64,000 nt of DNA from Lytechinus pictus (taxonomy: Eukaryota), in contig NC_087251.1 in the NCBI RefSeq assembly GCF_037042905.1, positions 34,722,001-34,786,000 on the forward strand, written 5' to 3'. A program made the translations under genes and the position numbers. A model generated the notes under the pieces. The model worked only from the letters and a program-made list of their open reading frames with translations, was not told the origin of the DNA and did no database searches. Position 1 is the first letter of the stretch, and each line of letters starts with the position of its first letter. Positions 42,516 through 56,400 of the stretch are shown in pieces.

Positions 42516-45500
42516 TGATCCATCCATTCGCACTCACATTTTTTAGGATTACCATGGGAAAATAATTCACCATGAGGTTTACAACTCGATCTACTATGGG
42601 ACTGTGCACTGAACCACACTATTATCCTTATAAGTAAAGTAGAAATTGTATGGAAATTCAGAAAAGGATATAATTGGCATGCTATCAATATTACACAAAA
42701 GTACTTACTCAGCACTTAGTTCCTCCTGCACTAAGAAGTGAATGGGGTAGCTAGCTGCCCCAAAATCAAAGAAACGAAAAATAAAAAATAATCAAACATA
42801 CAAAATAAATGTAATATATCTCACCTTTTAAACGTTCGTTACGGATGTTCCTACGAGGGCAAACATAATGCCTTTCATTTACGAAATCGATTAACGCCCG
42901 AATATCGAATATCATTTATTTTTCTACGATAATTTCACCTGCCATAATCTTGGCATGTGAAAATATTTTTACCCAGGGGCGGCGCCAGGGTATAGGGGGC
43001 AAGACAACCAAAAGGTGACGTCAGTTTGTTGGTTTTGTTTTTCATTTGAATAATAGTGTTCTAATGGAGTTCAAGAAACTAATACGATCTTTTATTTTTT
43101 AAATTCGTTTTTGTATTCTTCTCCTCTTTTGTAATTTTCTTTTAGTACTTTAAACAAAGGGGGAAACGCCCCCACCCCCTCACTGCCGGCACCGCCCCTG
43201 TAAGGAATTACACCGAATCCTTGCTAACAATTCAACGAGATTTGTAGGGGAAAAGCCTTACAACCTTTTTCTTTAAAAAAAAGTTGTAAAGCTTTCGGCA
43301 CATATTCATTAAAAAATGTGAAATGAATTCGGTTACCCGTAGGTGACAACAAAGCAATCTTCTTGATATGACACAATAACATTTATGGAGATGGGCTAAG
43401 ATCAAGCTTCGGTCAGGCTCCTATGGGGGACCCTATCATTTTGCCAAATTAACTTACTCTACAAATCCTGGCACTAAAACCAAACCGTAACCTATATCCA
43501 TAAATGTCAAAGTTTCATTAAGATCAGTAAGTGATATTGCCGTGTTGTTCTAGGGGTAAAATGACTCACTCATACAAATGTTCAGTCTGACATCTGTCCT
43601 CTCTCTTATATCGGCATGTATCCATGTCCACAGGAACATGATTTTAGCTCCAAACAAAATTTTCCTCTAAGATCCAGTGTTTTAAATATTTATCCGCAGC
43701 TCCACAAATAAGTCTCTGTCCGCTGATGTTCACAATATTATCAAGTTCAAATGGGTAAATCAAGGGGAGAACAACCGTCCAGAGACCAATCGACAAACCT
43801 CCCGTGAGGTTCGGATAAGTCTCGGCGAAGTTCTATCTTAAAAATGATGTCTAGTCCGTACACGAAAACTACAGGGATCCGTCCAAGAAGAAATTTGTTG
43901 ACTGATTCTGCATCTGGAGTTCTTCGGAAAGTATTGTGTCCATAAAGTAATAGACATTTATCCAGAACTTGGAACTTGAAGTCATCAGGATTTGTTTCTC
44001 AAGTTCAACATTGGAGGAGGCGTGGTGGATGAAGCGAAGTCAATGATAAGTAAACAAGAACACAAACTTCTCCGGGAACTGAGTCTTTATTGTGGAAACG
44101 TTCATGGTACTTTCCATTCGATCTCCTTGTCCATATTACGAAAAAAGTTCAAGTTAGCTTCCGGAATTTAAATTCTGTGAAAACTGTGAAATTAAAAAGA
44201 AAAAGAAAAAGTATCATTAAGACCAATGCAAAATCATAATGAATACCGGTACAAAAAAGGCATCACAAACCAACGGGGGGGGGGGGGGGGCATCAGCCAG
44301 TAATCGGGTACATGCCGTTAAGTTGAACATTTTGGGTTGATTAACAAAATGTGCAATTACCAAAATGCAATATTTATGGCACAATTAGGAAACTGCACAC
44401 TTAGTTGATTAGTGACTACTCGACTTATTACGGATTTATCAATATGGATCCTGGTCGACTAGCAGTTGGCCTTTGGTTGACCAACAAGAAGGGAAATGGC
44501 ATGACCTAAGGAGCAAACTTCCCAAAAAGTTGAGAGCCAGCAAAATCAATTTTAAAATCAAAATACAATTTTGTGATATATATCAAGATATAATATTCAT
44601 GAATTGATGTCACCATTTTCCCTTTTTCTTTCATTTTCTCCCTTGATTTTCCTTGTCTTTCTTAATCGTTGAACTTTTGAGGGGCATCACCCCCTCCCAC
44701 CCCCATACATACACCTGTGGAATGTGAAAGTGATAAAACAGACATTTAAGATAACCTTTTTTAAAAGAAGAGAACATAATCATGAAAATCGTTATATTGG
44801 ATGAAGACAAATATATAATATCCGATGTAATTTTACCTCCTAAATTATGTTTCTATAAAATTCAGAATGGAACGAATTCTAGTTCTCCGAGATGCATTGG
44901 CATGATTGGAGATGAATAAGAACTATGCAGGTAATTGATACTTAACACATGTTCTGGCAAGTATATCAGCGAAAACAGATTAAAATCTAAGTACAAGCTT
45001 AAGACGAGTCTTTAGAAAAGTTTGGATGAGAAATCTTTCCCTCACATTAGTAAATACAAAAGTGACTTGATATGTTTGAAAAGAGCAAAACCAAACTACT
45101 TACCTTGATCATCTTCGAAGTTTTGGCGGGTGGCACAAAATTATTCGGCGGGCCACAGTTTCAGATCTCACGAAAATCCTAAGCCTGTATTCACATATTT
45201 TGCTAAAAATATTTTGTTAAATGGGAATTTCTGTCTATGAATCAGCCACTCTGGTTTTGAGAATGAAAGAATGGAATAAATCGTACCATGTTCAATAGCA
45301 GGGTACGCTGGAACTCCACCAATAAAAGTTGAAGTGGCTACCTATATGTAATTAAGAGTTATTGTTATGTTAATCGGTTAATGGCAATGATAGCAAAGGC
45401 GCCGGAAAACCACTACTAAAAGTTGAACTGACAACGTGGAAAAATAAATAAGAGTTATTATTAAGAGTAAGGCAAATTATTTGATTTCATTAGTAGGAAA

Positions 45501-48500
45501 GATGGAAAACTGCCTATAATAGCTGAAGTGGTTATCCTTAGTAAAAAAAGAGAGTCGTCATCAATATTAATGTTTAAAACGTATCAAGCCTGAAAAGAGA
45601 ATAAAGATCATAAGATCCAAGTTACGAAAATTACATGCCAAAATCAATTATTTGATAATATATGATTGAAAGGGAAATTTTGAAGCATACTTTTCCATTC
45701 TTTTCAGCAACTCTGCTTAAAGTGAAAGAAGAGAAACAATAACATACATTAGCATAGCCGATGGAAGTAAAAAAAATTAAATTGTATACACCACAGAAAA
45801 TAAAGGTCTTTATTAAGGGTTATCTTACAAATGCTAACGAAAAATAACGGTCATCACTAATGTAAGAAGGATTAATCGAAAACCACCAACATCAGTTGAA
45901 GTGGACTCCCTTCGTAACGAAGGAAATAAAACAAGTCTGGAAAAAAAGTGAGACGTATACAAAGAAACGGAAATATACTTGGATAACATAATAAATCAAT
46001 TATAAATTTCAATCAGCACATAATATTGGACTCTTGTTTTTGTATCAGCCGCCCTGCTTCTAAGAATGAGGGAAAGAAACCAAAGCATATCGTGTCAGTA
46101 GGACACGGAAGCATGGTTAGGGGAGTGCTAGTAAGACAGAGAAAAGAACGTCAATAATCTGAAAAGGTTACCTTACATTAAAAAATATATTGTTAATGGT
46201 AATGATAGCAGGGTCGCTGGAAAAAAACCTATCAAAACGGAACTGTCTAACCTGGAAAATAAGAGCCATTATGAATATTCATGTTAAAAAAGTATCAAGC
46301 CTGAAAAGAGAAGACAATAAAGATCAGAAGTTAAAAGTTATATAGAAGACGGCCGATACCAGCTGAAGTGGTGTTCCCTGACGAAAAAAAAGAATCATTG
46401 TTCATAATATAAAAATGCATCCAGAAAAGAAGAGAATCAGAAGTGGGAAAACAGAAATACACTGGTATTAAATAGTTAATCAATAATAATTTCACTAAGT
46501 ATTATTGGATTTTTTTCCTTTTGATCATCCGCTCTGTTTCTGAAAGAAAGAAAAGAAAGCATATCATGTACGCGGGGCACAATTAAGGGGGTACTCCTAA
46601 GGCTTTATAAAAAAAATATTGACTATGGTTTTGTAAAGGGTCAGTACAAGACCGCCTTTCGCTACATGTGTAAAAAGAATAATCATTATTAATATTATAA
46701 ATATTAATATTATAATTAAAATGCATCGAACCGCTGGAAAAGTGCTTGCAAAAACCGAGTGGCTACTTTCTGTAAATAGAATCATAGATATTGTATAATA
46801 TTTTAATTAGGACAAAATCATATCAAGTTGGGTCCACTGAGAGATGTTTGCCTGTTTGGGTAACGTAATTTAGAGTTGTTAGCATTTGTATCATGATATA
46901 TTCTCTATTAAAAAAAATGTACTACTTTCGTAGAAGACTGTCAATAAACGCTGACGCGAAGTGGCTAACCTGAGTAAATAAGAATTACTATTATTATTAG
47001 CATTGTCTTTAATCTTATCCAGCCTAAAAAGAAAAAAAAATAGCACATAGAGTTACTGATTCTGCTGTTGAAATCATCGTGACAGTCTTCTCTCTAGGTC
47101 TTTGTTGCCTTGAAAACAGTGATTACTTTGTCAAAAGATATCTACTGAATAAAAAGGAAATATCGATAAATCTAAGCTGAAATTAAAGTAAAAGAGAAAA
47201 TTAACATTTCAAACATTAACTTCAGATTTTATCAATAATATTTTATGTTTTTTTATTCCAGCTTGGCCTGGCACAAGGAACAAGATTTATTTTTTTTGGG
47301 GGGTGGGACAGCGGGATTTTTAGAAATCATGGGATAAACTTAGTTAATCATATCTATGAAAATGAAGTTTATAAGATAATTGAGTTTCTCATGAAGTTTT
47401 GTGTCTCAGTTTAATTGTAACCTTAACTGTAATATTGATTTTGTCATACTTATTGGATACTCTTTGATTTTAATAGTTGCGTAATATAATGATATGGAAA
47501 CAGCTTAATGGCTTTCGATTAAATGTGAAAAGGAAGTGGAATTACATTGAAATTATTTATTTTTTCTTACCTTTATTTAGACGAAGGGTGAAATGATCGA
47601 TAGAAACAGCAGAGCTTATTGACGGAAAAATGTTGAAGGGGATCATGGTAAAAGCTAGACTAGCTGCTCTCTTACGAAAAAGTGTTTATGCACAAAAATA
47701 TTGGTCGATAGATGGAAACTGGTTGCTCTCTGTTAGATGGAGTCTAGATGCTCTGTGATGAAAGGATGACGAAGATAGTGGTAGGAAGGAAGGAGACGAG
47801 ACCTTTTCTGATTAAACAGTGACAAAACTAGTGGTAGATGGAGGGAGATGAGCTGGCGGAAGATGGAAGGAGACTATTTGTTGTCACATGGAATGTGAAA
47901 GGGTGAAGAAGCTTCTGGTAGATGAAAGAGACTACTACGAAATTAGTTGAAGAAGGAAGGATGCTAGTTTCTCCCAGATGAAAAGGTGACGAAGCTAGAG
48001 GTAGATGGAGACGAGTGGCTCTCTGACGAAAAGGTGATGAAACTAGAGATAGATGGAAGGGGACTAGTTGCTCTCTGATGAAAGGATGATAGAGCTTGTG
48101 GTAGATGGAGGAGACAAATGTTCTCTGATTAAACGGTGACAAAACTAGTGGTAGATGGAGGGAGATGAGCTGGCGGTAGATGGAAGGAGACTATTTGTTC
48201 TCTCATGGAAGGGTGACGAAGCTAGTGGTAGATGAAAAGAGGCTGTAATGAAAAGGTGACAAAGCTTGTTGTAGGAGATTAGTTGCTCTCTGTGCAAGGG
48301 TGACGAAGCCAGTGGTAGCCAGAAGGATGCTATTTTCTCCCAGATGAAAGGGTGACACAGCTAGTGATAGATGGAGACCAGTTCCTCTCTGATGAAAGGG
48401 TGATGAAACTAGTGATAGATGGAAGGGGACTAGTTGCTCTGATGAAAGGATGATAGAGGTAGTGGTAGATGGAAGTAGAATACTTGCTCACTGACGAAAG

Positions 48501-51500
48501 GGTGACGAAGCTAGTGATAGATGGAAGAGACTCTCTGATGAAAAGGTGACGAAGCTAGTGGTAGATGGAAGGAGACTAGTTGCTCTCTGATGAAAGGATG
48601 ACGTAGCTAGTGGTAGACAGAATGATAATAGTTGCTCACTGGTGAAAGGGTGACGAAGCTAGTGGTAGATGGAAGGAGACTACTCGCTCTAAATGGTTAC
48701 GAAACTGGTTGAAGGAAACTAGTTGGTCGCTTGTGTAAGGGTGAAGAAGCTAGTGGTAGATGGGAAAGAAACTAGTTTCTCTCTGATGAAAGGATGAGGA
48801 AGCTAGTGGTAGATGAAAGAGACTACTTGCTATAAATGGTGACGAAACTAGTTGAAGAAGGAAGGAAACTAGTTGGTCTCTACTGAAAGGGTGACGAAGC
48901 CAGTGGTAGATGGAAGAGACTGTCTGATGACAGGGTGATGAAGCTGGTGGTAGATGAGGGACTAGTTGTTCTCAGATAAAAGGGTGTCGAAACTAGTGGT
49001 AAATGGAGTGAGACTAGTTGATCTCTGGTAAAAGGGTGACAAAGCTAGTGTTAGATGGAAGGAGGCTAGATGTTCTCTGATTAGACGGTGACAAAACTAG
49101 TGCTAGATGGAGGGAGATGAGCTGGCGGTAAATGGAAGGAGACTATTTGTTCTCTCATGGAAGGGTTACGAAGTTAGTGGTAGATGGAAGGAGGCTCTGA
49201 TGAAAGGGTGATAAAGCTTGTGGTAGGAGATTAGTTGCTCTCTGTGGAAGGGTGTCGAAGCCAGTGGTAGATAGAAGGATGCTAGTTCCTCCCAGATGAA
49301 AGGGTGACGATATCTAGTGGTAGATGGAAGGAGACAAGTTGCTCTCTGATGAAAGGGTGACAAAGGTTGTGGAGATGGAAGAGACTAGTTGCTCTCTGAT
49401 TTAAGGATGACGAAGCTAGTTGAAGAAGGAAGGAGACTTCTTGCTCTCTGATTTAATGGTGACGAAGCTAGTGGTACATGGAAGGAGACAAGTTGCTCTC
49501 TGATTTAAGGGTGATGAAGCTAGTGATAGATGGGAGGAGACTAGTTGCTCTCGGATGAAAGGGTGACAAAGGTTGTGGTAGGAGATTAGTTGCTCTCTGT
49601 GAAAGGGTGACGAAGCTAGTGGTAGATGGAAGGAGACTAGTTGCTCTCTGAATTAAGGATGACGAAGCTAGTTGAAGAAGGAAGGAGACTTCTTGCTCTC
49701 TGATTTAATGGTGACGAAGCTAGTGGTGGATGGTAGAGACGCTCTGATGACAGGGTGATGAAGCTGGTGGTAGATGGGAGACTAGTTGTCTCAGATGAAA
49801 GGGTGACGAAACTAGTGGTAGATGGAAGGAGACTAGCTGCTCTTTGATGAAAGGGTGACGAAGCTAGTGGGGGATGGAAGGAGGAGACTAGTTGCTCTCT
49901 GATGAAAGGATGACGTAGCTAGTGGTAGACAGAAGGATAATAGTTGCTCACTGGTGAAAGGGTGACGAAGCTAGTGGTAGAAGGAAGGAGACTAGTTTCT
50001 CTGATTTAAGGGTGACGAACCTAGTATAGATGGAAGGAGACTAGTTGCTCACTGATGAAAGGGTGACGAAGCTAGTGGTAGATGGAAGAGACTCGCTGAT
50101 GACAGAGTGATGAAGCTGGTGGTAGATGAGAGACTAGTTGTTCTCAGATGAAAGGGTGACGAAACTAGTGGTAGATGGGAGGAGACTAGTTGCTCTTTAA
50201 TGAAAGGGTGATGGTATTAGTGATAGATAGAAGGAGGAGACTAGTTGCTCTCTGATGAAAGGATGACGTAGCTAGTGGGAGATGAAAGAGACTACTTGCT
50301 ATAAATGGTGACGAAACTGGTTGAAGAAGTAAGGAGACTAGTTGCTCTCTGATGAAAGGATGACAAAGCTAGTGGTAGACAGAAGGATAATAGTTGCTCA
50401 CTGGTGAAAGGGTGACAAAGCTAGTGGTAGATGAACGAGACTACTTGCTATACATGGCGACGAAACTAGTTGAAGAAGGAAAGAGACTTGGGCTCTCCTG
50501 AAAGGGTGACAAAGCCAGTGGTAGATGGAAGGAAGCTAGTTGCTCTCTGATGGAAGGATTAAGAGGCTATTGGTAAACGGAAGAAGACTAGTTGATGTCT
50601 GGTAAAAGGTTGTCAAGGCTAGTGGTAAAGTGAAAGAAATAAATTACTTTCTGATGAAAGGGTGACGAAACTATTGTTAGAAGGAAGGAGACTAGTTGCT
50701 CTCTGACGAAAGGATGACGAAGCTAGTTGAAGATGGAAGGCGGCTAGTTGCTCACTGATGAAAGGGTGACGAAGCTAGTGGTAACTGGAAGGAGAATACT
50801 TGCTTTCTGATGGGAGGGTGACGAAGCTCAGATTAAAGAGATTACTAAATTAAACTAGTTTTGACAAATCGCTGCTGGCAGGAAACCTGTGGAATAAAAT
50901 ACTTATACATATCCTGGCTCTCAAACAATCTAACATTACAACTAAAATCATCAAACTTAGTTACATTTTTTTTACAGTTTGTGTATATATCGTCATTACT
51001 CATTACGAGTTATCAACCAAAATAGTCAACCCCACAATCAACCATACCCTACCAGAATACCAAATATCTGGTATATTAAATTAGTTTTCATCCCTTTCTA
51101 AGGATGTGATAAATTGTTCAGCCGTATTAAACCTCTTTGGTTGTATGAGCTTTGTTGGATATCAGTGAAAAAAACTGATGTATAATTGTTCCACAGGAAG
51201 ATTACTCTCGCGGAGCTTGTTAGATTTTCAAGAGGGTATTTGCTAGTCGATATGGTTGCAGAAGCTTCTCTTCCAAAGCGCGTGAAGATGAAGGCCCCTA
51301 TTCATATCCAACACCTGGAACATAAACAAGAAAATAGTAATAATAGAAAATAGTTTGTTTCTGACGACTGTTTGCCTTTTTATTATACATAAACCACGCA
51401 CCAAATATACAAACCTCATGGTTTGTTGTCACTTGATAATAATCATCCATTTAAAAAAATAATATTTCTATTCATTATCTAGATCTATCGATAGAAAAAT

Positions 51501-53442
51501 ATCAAACATATGTCATTGCTAGTTTGATTTTGATCATTGATTTCATAATTTCTAAGTACCTAATTTGTCTAAAGCCCTTTGATAATAGAATTAACGGTAA
51601 TATTATGAAAAACTATGTCGCCACCACTTTACTAAATGTGAAGAAATGTGGATTTGTATTAAAGTGTCAAATCAAAATTACGAAATTTTAATAACAGCAT
51701 GTTAATAACGAATTATAAGATATAGACTGATACCATTGATTGATGTATACAAAGACATTGTAATAAGAGTACTAGTGAAATTAAACTTACCGCGATAATT
51801 CAAACGAACGAGACGATCGGTGCTACGTATTGAGCATGATGACTAAAAGCAAGAAACGAATGATCTTACGAGAGACTCAACGAATGAACGAGTAGACGGG
51901 CGAAAACGTAAAAACAAAATAAACGGTTTATGTTTTTTCCTCGTCGAAAGTAAAGGCTTAACTAGAAGACGATTTCAACTAAAGCGCCACCTCAACCCGT
52001 TTCAGGAATAGTCGTACTATCCCAGTCGCGTTAAAAAGTAAATAACCGTCGGGTATAATTCAGCAATCTTCTTGACATGATACTATGAATTTACTGAGCA
52101 AATTTAGTCAAACCCCTATACTAAGGCCCTAGATGTGTGATTTTTTTCTGCAAACCATGGCATTAATATCGCCTCACAAACCAGCTCGACAACATTCATA
52201 GATTCATTAATATCATGACGTGATACAAGTATATTGTTTTCCGGGTATACATGACCATGATGACTGAGGTTTCAAGTCACTCAGGTTGGGAAGACGACGA
52301 AAGCTGCAAATGTTTTTCTTTTACTGTCCAAATACCACCTTGCTAATGCTGGGTAAATATTTTTTGGGTATTCCTTACCTGAAACATAAACACAATAAAT
52401 CCATGTTAATTAAAATCTCGATTCTGATAATTATTTCAGAATGTGATGATTATGCACTAGATCTACAAAATAAAACCAAATTGTCTCTTCATCATTACAT
52501 TTTACATTAATTTTCTTATAACTTTTTTAATGTATTCATTATGATATATATATGATGTGCCTACAACCTTTTAAACGAGAAAGCTACATCTGCTGCTTAA
52601 TTCATGTACAATTTTGCATAATCATCAATAAATGCCATTCTTGAATTGAATTGAACTGAATTGAACAATAACCGGCGTTATTACTGCCAGTTCATAATCA
52701 TCATCATCATCTCCATGCGGTAAATGTTTTAGGGTGTTAATTATTTACGAATGTTTCATCTAGATACAATAACATAAAGTTAGGCCTATGTTTAAGTCAT
52801 ATATTATACGATTGTTACAATTTGTTCCTTAACCGCGCATATAATGGCCCTTTCCCATTCAAAACCCACGATCCTTTGAGCAACAACCATGGTATAGCAA
52901 AATATTAATTTTCTGTATAAAATAACAAAAATATGAAACGGCTGGATAGTCTATATTCAGTAATGCCAACACGACACATGATGTCCAAAATGGTAACGAT
53001 GTCTAGATCTATTACTTTTACGTGCATGGGACTGTCAATTGTTAGAACTATTAACTGTCCAAAAAGAATTACGAAAATTGTACAAAAACAATCTTAGCAT
53101 ATCTATATGTAAGAAGAAGTGTAATATTAAACTATTCTAATCCTTGGTCTTCTTTTGACTTTGAATTTTGGTTCTTTATCAGTTTTGTCAACACGACAAA
53201 TGATGTCCATAATGGTAACGATGTCTAGATCTATTACTATTACGTGTATGGGACTGGCAATTGTGAGAAATATTAACTGTCCAAAAAGAATTACGAAAAT
53301 TGTAAAAAAAAAATAAAAAAAAAACAATCTTAGCATATCTATATGTAAGAAGAAGTGTAATATTAAACTATTCTAATCCTTGGTCTTCTTTTGACTTTGA
53401 ATTTTGGTTCTTTATCAGTTTCTATATCGATAGGCCTATTCA
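42516..53442. repeat. Macro-repeat unit C (10,927 bp)
   Basis: Near-identical to units B and D. Confidence 0.97.
47650..50830. repeat. 52-bp minisatellite block 3
   Basis: Same consensus; variant order nearly identical to block 2. Confidence 0.95.
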
Positions 53443-56400
53443 TGATCCATCCATTCGCACTCACATTCTTTAGGATTACCATGGGAAAATAATTCACCAT
53501 GAGGTTTACAACTCGATCTACTATGGGACTGTGCACTGAACCACACTATTATCCTTATAAGTAAAGTAGAAATTGTATGGAAATTCAGAAAAGGATATAA
53601 TTGGCATGCTATCAATATTACACAAAAGTACTTACTCAGCACTTAGTTCCTCCTGCACTAAGAAGTGAATGGGGTAGCAAGCTGCCCCAAAATCAAACAA
53701 ACGAAAAATAAAAAATAATCAAACATACAAAATAAATGTAATATATCTCACCTTTTAAACGTTCGTTACGGATGTTCCTACGAGGGCAAACGTAATGCCT
53801 TTCATTTACGAAATCGATTAACGCCCGAATATCGAATATCATTTATTTTTCTACGATAATTTCACCTGCCATAATCTTGGCATGTGAAAATATTTTTACC
53901 CAGGGGCGGCGCCAGGGTATAGGGGGCAAGACAACCAAAAGGTGACGTCAGTTTGTTGGTTTTGTTTTTCATTTGAATAATAGTGTTCTAATGGAGTTCA
54001 AGAAACTAATACGATCTTTTATTTTTTAAATTCGTTTTTGTATTCTTCTCCTCTTTTGTAATTTTCTTTAAGTACTTTAAACAAAGGGGGAAACGCCCCC
54101 ACCCCCTCACTGCCGGCACCGCCCCTGTAAGGAATTACACCGAATCCTTGCTAACAATTCAACGAGATTTGTAGGGGAAAAGCCTTACAACCTTTTTCTT
54201 TAAAAAAAAGTTGTAAAGCTTTCGGCACATATTCATTAAAAAATATGAAATGAATTCGGTTACCCGTAGGTGACAACAAAGCAATCTTCTTGATATGACA
54301 CAATAACATTTATGGAGATGGGCTAAGATCAAGCTTCGGTCAGGCTCCTATGGGGGACCCTATCATTTTGCCAAATTAACTTACTCTACAAATCCTGGCA
54401 CTAAAACCAAACCGTAACCTATATCCATAAATGTCAAAGTTTCATTAAGATCAGTAAGTGATATTGCCGTGTTGTTCTAGGGGTAAAATGACTCACTCAT
54501 ACAAATGTTTAGTCTGACATCTGTCCTCTCTCTTATATCGGCATGTATCCATGTCCACAGGAACATGATTTTAGCTCCAAACAAAATTTTCCTCTAAGAT
54601 CCAGTGTTTTAAATATTTATCCGCAGCTCCACAAATAAGTCTCTGTCCGCTGATGTTCACAATATTATCAAGTTCAAATGGGTAAATCAAGGGGAGAACA
54701 ACCGTCCAGAGACCAATCGACAAACCTCCCGTGAGGTTCGGATAAGTCTCGGCGAAGTTCTATCTTAAAAATGATGTCTAGTCCGTACACGAAAACTACA
54801 GGGATCCGTCCAAGAAGAAATTTGTTGACTGATTCTGCATCTGGAGTTCTTCGGAAAGTATTGTGTCCATAAAGTAATAGACATTTATCCAGAACTTGGA
54901 ACTTGAAGTCATCAGGATTTGTTTCTCAAGTTCAACATTGGAGGAGGCGTGGTGGATGAAGCGAAGTCAATGATAAGTAAATAAGAACACAAACTTCTCC
55001 GGGAACTGAGTCTTTATTGTGGAAACGTTCATGGTACTTTCCATTCGATCTCCTTGTCCATATTACGAAAAAAGTTCAAGATAGCTTCCGGAATTTAAAT
55101 TCTGTGAAAACTGTGAAATTAAAAAGAAAAAGAAAAAGTATCATTAAGACCAATGCAAAATCATAATGAATACCGGTACAAAAAAGGCGTCACAAACCAA
55201 CGGGGGGGGGGGGGGGGGCATCAGCCAGTAATCGGGTACATGCCGTTAAGTTGAACATTTTGGGTTGATTAACAAAATGTGCAATTACCAAAATGCAATA
55301 TTTATGGCACAATTAGGAAACTGCACACTTAGTTGATTAGTGACCTGTGGAATGTGAAAGTGATAAAACAGACATTTAAGATAACCTTTTTTAAAAGAAG
55401 AGAACATAATCATGAAAATCGTTATATTGGATGAAGACAAATATATAATATCCGATGTAATTTTACCTCCTAAATTATGTTTCTATAAAATTCAGAATGG
55501 AACGAATTCTAGTTCTCCGAGATGCATTGGCATGATTGGAGATGAATAAGAACTATGCAGGTAAATGATACTTAACACATGTTCTGGCAAGTATATCAGC
55601 GAAAACAGATTAAAATCTAAGTACAAGCTTAAGACGAGTCTTTAGAAAAGTTTGGATGAGAAATCTTTCCTTCACATTAGTAAATACAAAAGTGACTTGA
55701 TATGTTTGAAAAGAGCACTACCAAACTACTTACCTTGATCATCTTCGAAGTTTTGGCGGGTGGCACAAAATTATTCGGCGGGCCACAGTTTCAGATCTCA
55801 CGAGAATCCTAAGCCTGTATTCACATATTTTGCTAAAAATAATTTGTTAAATGGGAATTTCTGTCTATGAATCAGCCACTCTGGTTTTGAGAATGAAAGA
55901 ATGGAATAAATCGTACCATGTTCAATAGCAGGGTACGCTGGAACTCCACCAATAAAAGTTGAAGTGGCTACCTATATGTAATTAAGAGTTATTGTTATGT
56001 TAATCGGTTAATGGCAATGATAGCAAAGGCGCCGGAAAACCACTACTAAAAGTTGAACTGACAACGTGGAAAAATAAATAAGAGTTATTATTAAAAGTAA
56101 GGCAAATTATTTGATTTCATTAGTAGGAAAGATGGAAAACTGCCTATAATAGCTGAAGTGGTTATCCTTAGTAAAAAAAGAGAGTCGTCATCAATATTAA
56201 TGTTTAAAACGTATCAAGCCTGAAAAGAGAATAAAGATCATAAGATCCAAGTTACGAAAATTACATGCCAAAATCAATTATTTGATAATATATGATTGAA
56301 AGGGAAATTTTGAAGCATACTTTTCCATTCTTTTCAGCAACTCTGCTTAAAGTGAAAGAAGAGAAACAATAACATACATTAGCATAGCCGATGGAAGACA

